Below, piece by piece: positions 41,501-54,463 of a DNA stretch of 64,000 nucleotides. Source of the DNA: Paraphysomonas bandaiensis (Eukaryota > Protista > Chrysophyceae); NCBI GenBank assembly GCA_965644295.1, contig CBFFRP010000426.1, forward strand, positions 1-64,000. The letters are read 5' to 3'. Both the position numbers and the translations under genes were made by a program. Position 1 is the first letter of the stretch, and every line of letters begins with the position of its first letter. Below the pieces are notes generated by a model. It saw only the letters and a list, made by a program, of their open reading frames with translations. It had not been told where the DNA came from and made no database searches.

Positions 41501-44500
41501 GAGCTGTGCGTCACGGTCGGAGCAATTATATCAACAAAAGCTGCAAACTGCTTTCTGTAAAACACTTGTTGAATCTCGGCGACAATCGATGCCCGTCTTG
41601 CAGTATTCTGAGTACGACGTCGCGGATTAGCTTGCATTGAATTGGAGTGGTGTGCATCATCAACGAAATCAGACCAACATTGCAATGTTGATTCAATAAT
41701 TCCTTTCGTGTTCTTTGACATCACGGTGGAATGGCGGTCAAGAAAGCGCTTGATAGATGTGAATAGATGAGTAATAATTAAGCGAATGTCCACTTCGGTT
41801 TTCTTTGTCAATGTTATAAAGGATTCATCATTTTCGTACGACGTGAGTTCATTAAACGTATCAAAGTCAAAATCATGAAAGAAAGATCGTGTTATTTCAA
41901 GAGAGTGGTTCAGCCATTCGATACGTATAAACAGCTTTCTATGGTTTTCACTTTTGATCATTAGGTTCGATAAATCTTGTTCGGAAAGAGTAAATATGGT
42001 CGTGAAGTGTTCAAATAGTTGCCACAATGACTCTGACGCCTCCATACTCTCAACCCGCGTATTTACCATCTCCACGACCAATAAGAGAAGGGCATTTCTG
42101 ACGTGGGGAATCGTGTTTGAATCTAAAATAGCAGCAACGGCATCATCCAGTTGATACACAGCCTGTAATTTTGGACCCAACTTGCACCCCGCCAGCAGTG
42201 TCAGCAATCTAATGTGGTATTGCAAGTCCGAAGAAAGTTCATCTTCATCTGGCACTTCTGTGTCGCATCTATAGGGCTCCATGGCATCAATTCGACTTTT
42301 GTATTCAAGAGAATCAGGGGAGCAGCACCACAATAAAATGTGAGATGACCTTTCCCCGTTTGTTATATACCGAGCTATTTCACTGTGAAGAGCGGACACC
42401 CCACTGTCACCAGTGTCGTTGATATCAGTCATGCCCACAAACAAATCCAGGTATTCTGGTTTACGACCGTTAGTTACTATTTTCTGCATAAATTCAGCCA
42501 AGTACCGTCGCTGACACTGCTTGATCAAATATCGATTCCCAGCCAAAATGGAGCGTACAACTCTGGAACTATGAACACCATCATCAACTCTATCAAGAAA
42601 CCACTCCATATGTTTGAATGCGACGGCTTGATTGACTTCATTGTTGTTGACAAAGTCAGCAATTAAATCATTGCAAACTAATACTATTCTCTTGATGTGA
42701 GCATGAGGGTCCCCTAAACTCGCATCAAGCAATGCCGCCTGTAATGACATAAAGCACGTCATTGCATCAAGGTTCAAAAGAACTTGCTGAATTTCTGTGT
42801 CGACAAGGGCGACCGGATTTAGATCAAAATCCTTCATCATAGGCTTCACTTTGACATAGTCCCGTATTGACACTAACGCATCATGGGCACATTGAGCGGC
42901 AGCAAGTTCCTGTGGACTTTCCATATCAGACCATACTTCAAAAGCCTCAGCTAATCGTTGCAGCTGCTTCAACCAATTAATGATATTCTTGTACTTCATT
43001 TCCATTTTTGGTGTGTAAATAATTTGCAGATTACGCATTGCGCTGTAGAGAAGGTCGTTTTGGCTTTTATGCAGCAACAAAATTCTGAGAGCTTCTTTGA
43101 CAAGGTTGGGATCCTTATACATAGCTACATCAATAAGCGTTTGATCAAACTTTTTTGGAATGGCCTCGTCAAGAGTTTGCTCAGTGGAGACGATCCGCAA
43201 GTATGTTTCTCTAGCATCAACGTACTTCCCTTGCATATCTGCTTCGTACCACTCCACAAAGGCCTTAATTGCGCACGTCAGCTTTCTGTCTTGAATTCTG
43301 GTGTGAATTTGTGATAGAATTCGCAATATACCTGCCAGCGTACGCACTTCATTTACTGTAGTTTTACTGTAGCGCTCAGGAATAACCCACGCATCACTCA
43401 CGTTAGCACGATCAGCAATTTTCTTGAGTAAACGCGCGGCACGAAAGACACGAATTAAGCGAAGAATGCGTACAGTTCTGCACTATGGTTAACTCGCATA
43501 AAATAATTAAAAACACTTACTTCAAGGATGTCCTGAAAGATGCTGCGTTCCCAAGGAATTGTGCGTCTAATCCCAGCAACACAATGTCAAAGATGACAAC
43601 AACAATATCTAACTGGTTGAGAGGGGACTTGATGAACGAGGAGAGCTGCTTGTGAACAGTGGCATAGCAGTACATGCGGGCGGAAAGCTCCGAAAGAAAT
43701 ATCATAGACACAGCGAAGTCAATACGTGCAATTACCCTCGTGACTTCCAAATTCAGGACAAGCTGCAATACAGAATACACGGAGGTACCAATTACCAGTG
43801 CTAATATTAACATCAATGCCGTCACTGATTCCATGTGGTTCAGCATTGTTTGCTGCCACGTTACACTTTCCTTTTTAAGTGGAATACTCGTGTCGGAGTT
43901 AGCGATTCTCAGCGCTTTCACTTCAGCAACACTCTTGCTCCGCTCACGCGCAGCACTATTTTCAGTTGAAGTATTAGTCTCAGATTTCTACAATATACGA
44001 TGAGTGGCTTTGTCATGTATCAAACTAATCATGTAACACTACCTTCATCCCCTCCCCTCCATCGGCTCCACTATTGTCGTGTGATTTCTGTGGCGCTGAG
44101 ACTGAACCACGAGTATTTCTTGCATTCCAGAAAGCAAGCGACGATGAGCGCCTTCGAAATTCCTTTTTATTATCTTCGTGCATTTCCTTGCTTCGATGAT
44201 CCTCCAGAGCCTGTCATATTCATTATGATAAGAATAATCGATATATGTGCAACGCAACCTGTACAAGTGGCACAGTGATGTCTTGTAAATGTTCAGGTGT
44301 ATGATAAAATCCGAATTCCACTAAAGAAAAAAGTAATTCCATCATCTCTGCTGTTAGCTCATTGCAGTCTGTGGTGTCCAAATCGTTGTGCAAGTACTGC
44401 GAGATGATATGCTGGAGAACTGCAAAAGTAAAAGGACTTCCTGTATATACTTGAATCACACGGAGACTACTAATACTAGTGACAATCTTACCAGAGTGAT

Positions 44501-47500
44501 GGTCACTAAACGAGTCTTCGACACCGCCTCCTAATGACACGGAAGTCTTAACCAAACGTGGAAATCTAGCCGCAATCTTAACACCACTTCTGAGCTACGA
44601 ATGAAAACTAAAAGCTATATATAACCTGTGGCTCTCGGTCAACATATAGTGTGCGAATCAATTTGCAGATAGGCGCTCTGATACGCGGGGGGTTAGTGGA
44701 AGAGCGCAAAAGTGTCAGCAGTGCATCTATAGTGTACTTCTGTTCCAGAAGGCCTATTGATACATAGTTGCGGTCAAGACAAAGATCAGCCGCCAGGTAC
44801 ATCTGTGCTATAAAATACTCCGAAATTTGAACCTTGCGCTCCACTATAGTTTTAACTTTGTGACTATGTGCTGTCTTTCTATTCTGCAAGCGTTTACTTC
44901 CTTGTTTGTGCAGCATCCCTGAATGTCGGCGTTTCCTGACCGCAGGGGATGTTGACGGCTGCTTCCGAACACTGAATTCTAATAGGTTATACATATATGA
45001 ATATCCTAAGAATATATCGTTGGTACCTCGATAGTGCCTGCGGCTCAGTGTTTATGGTGAGCCGTTTCTTAGCTCGATTGAGGCTGGCTATATCTCTACA
45101 AGAAAGTCTGTTAATATAACACTTAACGCGTTAAAAAATTTACTTCTTCGAGACATCAGTTAGATATTCCAAAGGAACAGGATCGTTTTTGCCGCATATT
45201 AGCTGCATGTTAAAGTCACAGTCGAAAGTGCACTCCCACTTGACCATCATTCTAGGCAACCCGTTCCTGACTAGACTAAGTCCAAGTACTTCTGCAAGGT
45301 CATGCTCTTCGGTCGGCATGTAGATTCTCATGTCAGTCCAGTTCGCCTGTTAAAAAATGAAATTTTCCGTTATGGAATAACGCAGTACGGGACTTACTTT
45401 TCTTAACGTTGTATAGTTGGCCTGGAGATCAATAACAAGCTTCGAAAAAGGAGTGGATGAAGCTGACAATTCCTGTGCCTTGGCATTTATATCAAAGCCA
45501 GATATCGGAGACGACTTGCTCCAGGTAATACTGTTGGACCCTTGTTTCTCAGCAGGAAGAATACTTTCAATTAGAGAGGCAGACTGCAGTATTTTGACGT
45601 CACGATCTCCATAAAGAGCTGATGCAACCATTCTTTGGGTATTATCGACACCACTGGGAGAAGAACATGTGCTCTGTACAATACATACAAAGAGTTACAG
45701 GGTGATGTCATGCAGACGTTAGCTGCATACCCGTAGCAACTTTAAAAGAGTCACATTCATGGGACTTTCTTCAAGCAAGTCAAGAAAAATTCGGATCTCG
45801 CGGTCACTAACCTGACTCGATATGAGCGAAGGGAAGTAAGCTGACAGTATCACATGAATTCACCTTGGTTTGGAGCATCTGCAGATTATCGCGCAAGATT
45901 TCTTGTACACATGCCACTGCATACTCCTGATCTTTCACCTACTCAACGTTCATCAAACACCATTCTCTACATGTGCACTTGTCGACAGTACCTGATTGAG
46001 TAATATGGGGAAACGATCCGCAATATGCATTTGGTTGATGTGGTTATTATTCAGACACAAGTACAAAACGTGAAAGCAGATATCTGTGAGGTCCCCATCA
46101 GACGTCGCGGATATAGAATCAACAGTTGAACTTCTCGGGCGACCTACTCCACGTAGACTAGAGTAAAAACTTCGTCTCGAAGTAAAGCGCCCGGTCCCTG
46201 TTGAGCGACCTAGCGATCTATTGGAATGGTCCGCGGGTACTCTCCCGGAACTCAAATCGTCCTCGTCATCGCTCTCGGCCTGAGACATCTGTATGATGTC
46301 CAGGAGGACGTCGAGAATCCCCTGTTCCCGCATCATAGTTTGTCGAGTCACGACAGTTGCGCCTCCCATAGGTTCTAGTTCTGCTTTTAATTGCCCCTGT
46401 TCGAACCCAAGCAGATTACACAGAGAAACGTCAAACTGATCTGAGTTCGTCTCGGACTTGAGAAATACGAGCAAATACTCTAGACAGACAAAAACATTTT
46501 TAAGTTCCGCTTCCGCTACACTCATGGGTTGGTCCAAGAAGCACAAAGACGTAACGGAAGTATGGAAACGTCGTAACACACTTGCCGCCTCCACGCCAAC
46601 ATATATATCTACTCCCATATTTTGATGTAGACGTGGTGAAACAACAAGTGAAATCGCAACCGATCTATCTTTGGCTCCAGTACAATGTGACTCAATCCCA
46701 GAGCTCCCGGCCCGTTTTAGAGACACCCAAGAGCCTCTACAACACAAATGTATAAGAGAACCTTCAACAATACTAGTCCCAACTTCCACTTGTTGAGATG
46801 ATACGACCTCAAACAGTGAGCACTCCCGTCGATTTTTGACAGCGCACACACCGTCAGCCTCCATCTTCATATACAATCCTGTGTTCAGGTCACGAAGTGC
46901 AATGTGGCCACTTCGATTCCCCACGGGACCACCCTTACACATGTCTTCGAATTCAACCATCCACAGAAGATTCGTGCCAACATTACAATCCGACGCTGCA
47001 AACGAGAGCTGTATGCTGTTGGACATTATGACATTTGCGCGTTGTGTGAGTCCTGGTTTCTGCTGATCCAAAGTTAAGTACGTTGATGTCTCTGGTTCCT
47101 GAAGAGACACCAACTGGCCGGCCAGCATGTGTTTCGACTTAGTCTCCTTGGCCTGCTGAAATATGCTAATTGTCCATATCGAGCTCTCGAGAGAACAGTT
47201 AATCTCCTTGTTGCCATCGGGGTTGGTCTTGGAAGCCTTTCGTGCGGCGTGGATATACTCACTTGATCTCTCGTGAACACGAATGAAACATTCGTTTTCG
47301 TTTACAATTTGCTGACCAACTCTGTCGTACTTATATCTTGGCATAAATTCTACCCAGCTCATCGCATCGCCGCCTTCCTTGAGATATACGCGCATATTCT
47401 CTCTCTCGTGTTTGGCAAGTGAGGACATTGAAATAGTAAGAAACTTTTTCGACTTAACATGTAGCAGTTGAATCACATCCCCGAACGTAATAGGCTTTCC

Positions 47501-47875
47501 AATTTTCATGGCCATCAACTTTTTGTTCAGTCTCTGCTCGTTCATTGCTGTACGTTTGAGTTGGGTCAGCTTTAACTCGTGATCTGACACTGCTTTGCTA
47601 ACGCTTCTTTCTGATTGGGGTGCATCCCTGATAATGTCGTCCCCCCCATCGACACCTAAAAGAGCATCCTCATACTCAGAACATGCGCTATACTGACTTT
47701 GAACAGTCACTTGCCATAAGCAGTTTTCAATAACACTGTTATCCCTCGCTAATACGCTGTCTATATTGATAACACCTTCTGCGGACAACCAACCCTCATT
47801 CGGCTTGGCATGTTTCAGGGTTATTATATCTCCTATCCTCAATTTATCAGTTCCGCTACCTTTGATACGATCCAT
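38563..47875 (-). CDS. IP3-receptor-family Ca2+-release channel (about 2,930 aa, 11 exons) with an inserted voltage-sensor domain
   Basis: Hand-spliced GT-AG exons 47875-45992, 45938-45864, 45811-45731, 45673-45398, 45346-45144, 45095-45027, 44971-44626, 44576-44259, 44210-44043, 43987-43521 and 43477-38563 total 8802 nt in one frame. IP3R motifs: LRIGDIITL, FGDVIQLLHVKSKKFLT, RQTMMREQ, LYVDREPQ, FGFY, RIH-assoc (SMCDGNF...REQ...HGPC), FGIIIDTFGELR, CFICGI...HNMWNY. Confidence 0.92.
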
Positions 47876-48616
47876 TGAATGCTAATAGCTCGAGATATAG
47901 GAAGTTAACGGTAAGCTGTTGGGCTCTCTATAAGATTATACACAGATTCATACAATCAGTATCTTATCCATCTTAATTCCAACATTCGAACCAATCTAAC
48001 AGAAGAGAATAAGCCTAGCATTGAATTGACAATCTCTGGACTGAAATGGCTTAAGTTGGACCATATAAATTTCCCGATATAGAACTGGGATTCATATGCA
48101 TATGCAGTGGCCTATAGAGGCTGTGTCTATACACATAGACTGGTACACTCCACAGAGCAGTACATGGAATAGTGTGTACATAGTACTCTTCGACTTCTGT
48201 ATACACTGCTATATACTGGCTGTAGTCTATAATACGTCTGGAAGTTACACATCTCCAAAACGATATTTTTTGCACGTAGTACATAGAGTACTTCGTATAT
48301 GTATGTATGTAGAGGTAGACAGGTACGTTACGTACCTAGGTACTATATACTACATACTCATAGGAGTGGTGATGATGTCCGTTCATCGTTCATATATACT
48401 GCTGCTGTAGGTATGTATGTATGTATGTGTATAGAAGAACTTATGATGCCAAAATTACGTGCCAGCGTACGGTTTTATATACACCATTCTAGACATATAC
48501 ATATATATGTATAGTAAGAACAGAGAACAGAAGTATAGTAGAGTAACTTCCTCTTCTGGTTGTGTCAAGATATCGATACAATGACAGATGCAATGAGTAG
48601 GTAGATTGAATTAAGT

Positions 48617-51600
48617 ATGAATGATATAGTAAAGAGACTGAAGCGTCTGGCTACATGTCCCTACAGGTCCTCCAAGGAGCAGAGATCCAGCGGGTACCAA
48701 CAGGTATCCCTGGCTCTTGCTCGTCAGAACTCTCAGAAGAGAGGAGAGCTAATGAACAGTTTCGACTGGATGCTTCCGGGCCGCCCGAGTCATGTTGCAA
48801 TGAAACGCAAAGTGATGCAGTACAAACAGATCTCGAAATGGGGGAAGTTTTGGGATATCATGCAAATATTTCTGTCAGTATTGACATGTTGCCTTTACAT
48901 AGCGGAGACGTATACCCCTGGTTATAACGAGCACCAATTGTACAAATGGAATGAGATAGTCGTGACTCAATTTTTTTTACTTGATTTTATATTCAATTGG
49001 TTCACAGCTATCAACACGAAAATTTTCTTTCAAAATATTATGACAATAGTTGATGTCTTGACGATCGTGCCTGTTTATATTAGCTTTAGTACTGGGAGCG
49101 CGGTGAACCTGTCTATATTTCGATTTATTCGTATTCTCCGACTGGTTAGGGTACTGAGAACATTTCGACTTCTGGGTGATCTAAGCGGACTTAAGCGCCA
49201 ACTAATAACATTGAGTCTCACTCTACTCAGCCTATCATTCATGGCCGCCGGCATTGTAAATGTGATGGAGAACGATGTGCAGCAGCTCACGTACGACTGC
49301 CAGTATATCAATGCGTACACGAACTACCGTCCGTCATGTGATCGATGGACTGATACCTACGATTCGGAGTCCTGTGATTGTAAGGAGAATAACTGTATGG
49401 CTGTTTATAACCGGCACGATGATCGATATGAACCAACCGGTATAACTTGCGTCAAGTTACCATTTTTTGACTGCTTTTACTTCATTGTGGTGACAATATC
49501 TACTGTGGGATACGGGGATATAGCAGCAAGCACCACGCCATCCCGTGCAGTTATCCTGCTCTTCATCTTAACATCTGCTGTGGTTATCCCAATGCAGCTC
49601 AAACAGCTCACCAATCTTCTCTCTGCCCACTCGGTATTCCGCCGTGCGTATATATCGGATGGTACTGAGGAGCATGTGGTGTTGTGCGGACATGTCAATA
49701 ATAGGCAAAAATTGGAGAGATTTTTGAAGGAATTTTTTCATCCCGATCGTATGCTACCTTCGTCCCCCCACTTCCACATTGTGGTGTTATGTCCCGAAGA
49801 CCCTACAGAAGAGGTGCGTTCGTTACTCGTATCGCCTAGGTTTGACTCTCGGGTAACTTACCTCATTGGATCCGCACTCTCTGTCGAAGATCTCCAGCGT
49901 TGCCGAGTGGATATCGCCTCTGCAGTGTTTTTCCTTTCGAAAATTGAGGCTAAGGAAGAGGAAGCACTCGCCGAAGGCACTACTACTGTGTTACGCACAC
50001 TCGCTGTCACAGATTTTAACCCTGATATTCAGTGTTTGGTAGAGGTTCTTCACACACACGACAGCGACATTTTAAAGAATAGTGATGTAGAGGTAGTGTT
50101 ATGCGTGGACGAGTTTAAAACAGTTTTGCTAGCAAGGAACTCTGGTTGTCCTGGTATAAGCACGCTGATTAACAACCTTTTCCGAACGTACGGTGGGCCC
50201 TGTAAAGCTAATAGTGAGCACTGGATGACAGAGTACCATTACGGCCAGTGTATGGAGACCTACTATGTTCCACTGACCAAAATGTTTATGGAAGCTTTTA
50301 AGTTTGAATGGAACATTGCTGCAGAGAGTGTGTATCTGGAGTACGGGTGTATGCTGATTGGTGTCTTTGAGTCTTCCACTGGCGCTATTCATCTTAATCC
50401 TATGCAACTCAATTTCAAGGCTAACATGGTGGATGTGATGTATTTTGCAATCGTTATTGCCCCGGACCAGCATACAGCATCCAGTATTGCCAAAGGCATT
50501 GGAGAGTACTCTACTATTGCTCGGCTAACTAATGGTGTAATCGACGCTGAATATCGATTTGGTGTGAGAGCATTACCTAAGCAAGAAGGAACAATGCAGC
50601 GCGCTCAAAGCTCTCGGCGTAATTTCGATCCACATACGAAAGAAGACCGCCCGCAAATGCAGGATATGACTTTGTTCTGCAAACTACTGCGGCGACAGAG
50701 GCAAGGGCAGTTAATGACTGGCGGTTATGTGAAAGGTGCGGTGAATAGTAGTGGTCGTTCCACGAATTCTTCTGAAACAAGTTCCAGTGAAAGAAACAGT
50801 GTGTTGAAACCAAGCAACATGGTTCAACCAAGGAATTCGTTGCTGCGTGGAAGTAAAGTGGAATATTCTGCCGAAGACCTGGGTCAGATTACTCACGCAC
50901 ATCACCTCACACAGCATATCATAGTTCTCGGTTGTAAGGATAATGTTGCCACTTTTGTGGCTTATGCAGACCTCGACATTGTGACATCGATGAATGAGAT
51001 GCGTCGGCCCATACTCTACGTTGGAAGCGAACTCCCACGCAGATGGATGGCTCTCCGAAAGAAGCATCCGGAGCTCTATTTCCTCGAGGGTGACATATCA
51101 CTGAAAACAACATTCTCTCGAATGAATATATCTAAAGCATACAGTGTGATTATGCTGGCACATCGGCGGGAAGAGCTAGAGTTCGAAGAAGACGAAAACT
51201 TAGACTTCGAAATGTTGTTTTTGTACCTTAAAATATCGTCTTTCATACCGTCGACAGTCAATTTTACGATCGAACTGACAAGCGGTCGGAACATGAGCGT
51301 CTTAAACACTGTGGCCGTCAAAAAGGAACGCCGAGAACAATTGATGGAGGCGATGCATGGTGACCTCGATGAGCCATCAGTGTCTTTGCAAGACAAGATG
51401 ATGGTGGATGCAATAGCTGATGTGACTGGAGGTGAGACAATGGTTTCTGTTTGTACATAGTTTGTCGCACCAATGTAGATAGCTTTTCTGTTTACCACGC
51501 TACTCATGGAGATTAGTATCCTCATGAGTACCTATGTAATCTCACATTTTTTACTGCCAGAGCGAGAGATGTTACTGGACCAACTGCGTGGCATGTATCA

Positions 51601-52556
51601 CTCTTCCAAGGGATCCAAAACAGATCCCAAGATGAAGCGTGGTGTATTTTTTTCGCAATATGTCCAACACCTCGAAAGACAACCGTCATTCCAGGGCAAC
51701 TCATCAAGGCTACTGAAACAGCTGCCAGGTCGACGACTGAGTTCAATACAGTTGCGAAATTATTTTGGAGCCGAGGTACTGAGCGATTGTTGCGTGCACC
51801 ACCATTGCTTATTTTGTTCTTGTTCATATATGTGTAACCATTCCTAATAACAGACACACACCGGTAACGCCAAAGCCTGGGATGGGCTAGATAACCACAA
51901 TAATCTCGCAATATATGCTGCTGGGAGAGCGTTTGTTCCAGACGTAGTAGACAATATCCTCTGTCAGGTACAATGTGGACTCAATAGTTTCAGTCACGCT
52001 GACTTGTATTGTGTAGAGCTTTTTCTCTTCATTAACTTCGAATCTATGTGAATCCCTTGTGTGTGGGAAAGATGGTCAGGCGATGTTTCTCATGTCACTT
52101 CCGAGAACTTTTACCTACCGTTATTTCAGTGATGTTTATCGTGCCTGTATAGCGAGAAATGTGAGTAGATTTAAATTGCATGGCCATGGAATAATATATT
52201 CGTAGGTTCAAGTGATAGGCCTCTATCGAGCGCCATCTTCTACTGAGCGGTCGTTTATGCCGTTTGTATACACTTGTCCTCCACCCAAGACTATTCTTAA
52301 CGTGGCCGACAAACTATTTGTTTTTGCCACTACTGCTGATATAAAGAACGTGGAGGAACAATTAGCTCTTCCCTTTGGAAAGAGGGGAAATACCGTCATC
52401 TTAGGTATGTATGAAGTAATTACGTGTTGGCCGAAATATTATGTGAAGTATTTAGGTGTCAATGAAATAACGACTATGAGAAGACGTAGCGTTGCGAGCG
52501 CATCCATTTCACGAAATAGTGCACTCGCAGTAGCGAAAGGGCATGTGAATAAGTGA
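48617..52556 (+). CDS. BK/Slo-family voltage-gated K+ channel with RCK domains; multi-exon
   Basis: S4 RFIRILRLVRVLRTFRLL, pore TISTVGYGD, RCK1 HVVLCGH and YLIGSALSVEDLQR, ARNSGCPGISTLINNL, RCK2 HIIVLG, then YAAGRAF and IGLYR...FVYTCPP in downstream exons. Confidence 0.92.
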
Positions 52557-52804
52557 TAGTTACATTTTATGCAATAGAGTTTTAAGGTTTAGTTCAGAGA
52601 TTATCTCACGTATATGATTTATTTCTGAATATCATTGATAGGTTGGATTTCATATCATGTAAGATTGTACATTAGTATGCTCGGACATACGAGTTTATAG
52701 ATATGTGGCTACATATGAGATTGTCATTATAATTACTGTATATTCGTAACAATTATATATCTTTGCAATTGCTCTACTACCTTGATTAACATTAGAATAT
52801 TCCG

Positions 52805-53620
52805 CTATCCTCATTTTCTCTCAATAAGTGTTTAATTTCCTGAAGTGGGCCCAACATAATGCCCGAAGTAGCACCGGGAAATATGAAAATATAAACATTC
52901 TACTTCAATAGTCGGTTCAAAACAGAAACCGTTTGCATAATGAAGTATACAGTCATTTGAAAGAGACAAGAGACATTATTATATTACACAATGTTAGGGA
53001 AGCCAGAATGATGAGCACATTTTCAAAATGAGATCATCGCTCAAACACTCCACCTAGTTTTACTCCATTGTTTGTCTGGTGTAGAAGATCAAACTGATGT
53101 CAGTGCAAGTGATGCAAGGACGCAAGGACTTCAAAACAATACTTAAATGTCAGGCACTGAAAATGCTTAATGTTATTTAAAGTATATTGGAAATTGCTCC
53201 TTTTAAGCTAGATCACAGAGAGAATTTGTCGTAAGTCGTAAGACTAGATAGATTTATTAACATCGTTTACACGAAGTTGTGATAACCAACACTAACTCAT
53301 TTTAATCCACGCATAATATCCTACATATGCGAACCTCTCGTTACTGAACATATCTTGAAAGAACAAACTATTTCAGTTTCTCAATATCATCACAGCATTA
53401 AATTTTGTACATCACTATATTTCACTGTATTCTTGTACATTGTCTTCAAGTACATACTGAATATACTAGAATAAGATCCATATTCTAATAAAGTAGTCAA
53501 ATAGTGGCACCCAGTCCTTTCAAGGCTTGATTCACTTCGTGCTTATCAATGTGAGAATACCAACGACAACTAAAACCTGGAGTGACTGAAATTTTTCATA
53601 TTCATCACATTTACGTATAT
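52805..53620. repeat. Dispersed non-coding repeat, copy 2, interrupted by a solo LTR
   Basis: AGCACCGGG, CGGTTCAA, GATGTCAGTGCAAGTGAT, AGGACTTC and (after the LTR) AGTGGCACCCAGT match copy 3 at 59226-59960. Confidence 0.7.
53185..53490 (-). mobile_element. Solo LTR of the Copia family at 60172-64000, with 5-bp TSD
   Basis: Aligns end to end with 60172-60464; flanked by AAGTA at 53180-53184 and 53491-53495. Confidence 0.9.
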
Positions 53621-53649
53621 ATCTTTAAATATAATACATATTATTATGT

Positions 53650-54000
53650 TGAAAGTCTAATTATTAGCAATAGGCGTTAAAAACCTGCACCAATTTAGTA
53701 GCTAGATGAATGCTAGACAAACTAGTTAGACCTCTACCTGTAACTAATCAGTAGACACGTTTTTTATCCTACTATTTATTTAACGCTACGGAAACTGCTT
53801 GTGCGTCGCCGCAAGCACCAAGGTGCGACCACTTACGCCCTGAGTTCTTAAGAAGGTGAACATCCCGATGCTTGACTTCAGCAGGCAGCCCAATACCCCG
53901 GTTACCCTTCAGGTAGGCCCTGTCCCGGATGCCCTTGAGGTGGGCCCATTCCCGGATGCCTGTTTATTCGTCAGGGCCCAAAGACGTCTACACAAGTGAC
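53650..54000 (-). mobile_element. 5'-truncated LINE-like copy
   Basis: Matches the reverse complement of 38000-38190 and, further in, matches 36770-36965 on the same strand. Confidence 0.65.
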
Positions 54001-54463
54001 ACTTATCGGAATCCCTCCTTGTACCACACAAGCATTCGGCTATGAGTGAGCAGAAGAATATCTGCTGACTAAGTTTGCGGCTCACGTTAGTTTCCCAGGG
54101 AGAATCTCTCCGGTACTTATCCTCCAGAACACCACGAAAAGGTGCGAGTCCGACGTTGTTTGCTGGTAAATATAATATATGTTGAACGTAGACTTCATAA
54201 ATTCTTGTCTATTCCTGGTACCTGGTACACGTCCGACAGCAGCACACTATCAAAATTTAGACAAGGGCACGACACGTTTTACGCATTCTAAGCAAGGTAT
54301 TATTTTGTGACTACAAAAAGAATACTTCATACTAAAATAATACTCTGTAAGGCGTTTTGAATACATACTGCATGCATATAGATACTCCTATATATTATTC
54401 TATTATTCTAAAGTGTTTCAATAGAAGACTATTATTATTTACTATTTATTATTATTGCTGATA

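Noticed and set aside
38858-47280. Numerous short antisense or alternate-frame ORFs overlapping long genes
   Set aside because: Shadow ORFs of real CDSs with no independent motifs.
43420-49170. VSD insert derived by recent duplication from the neighbouring BK gene
   Set aside because: Only the generic S4 pattern (RILRLxRVxR) is shared; S1-S3 are dissimilar and no nucleotide similarity is apparent.
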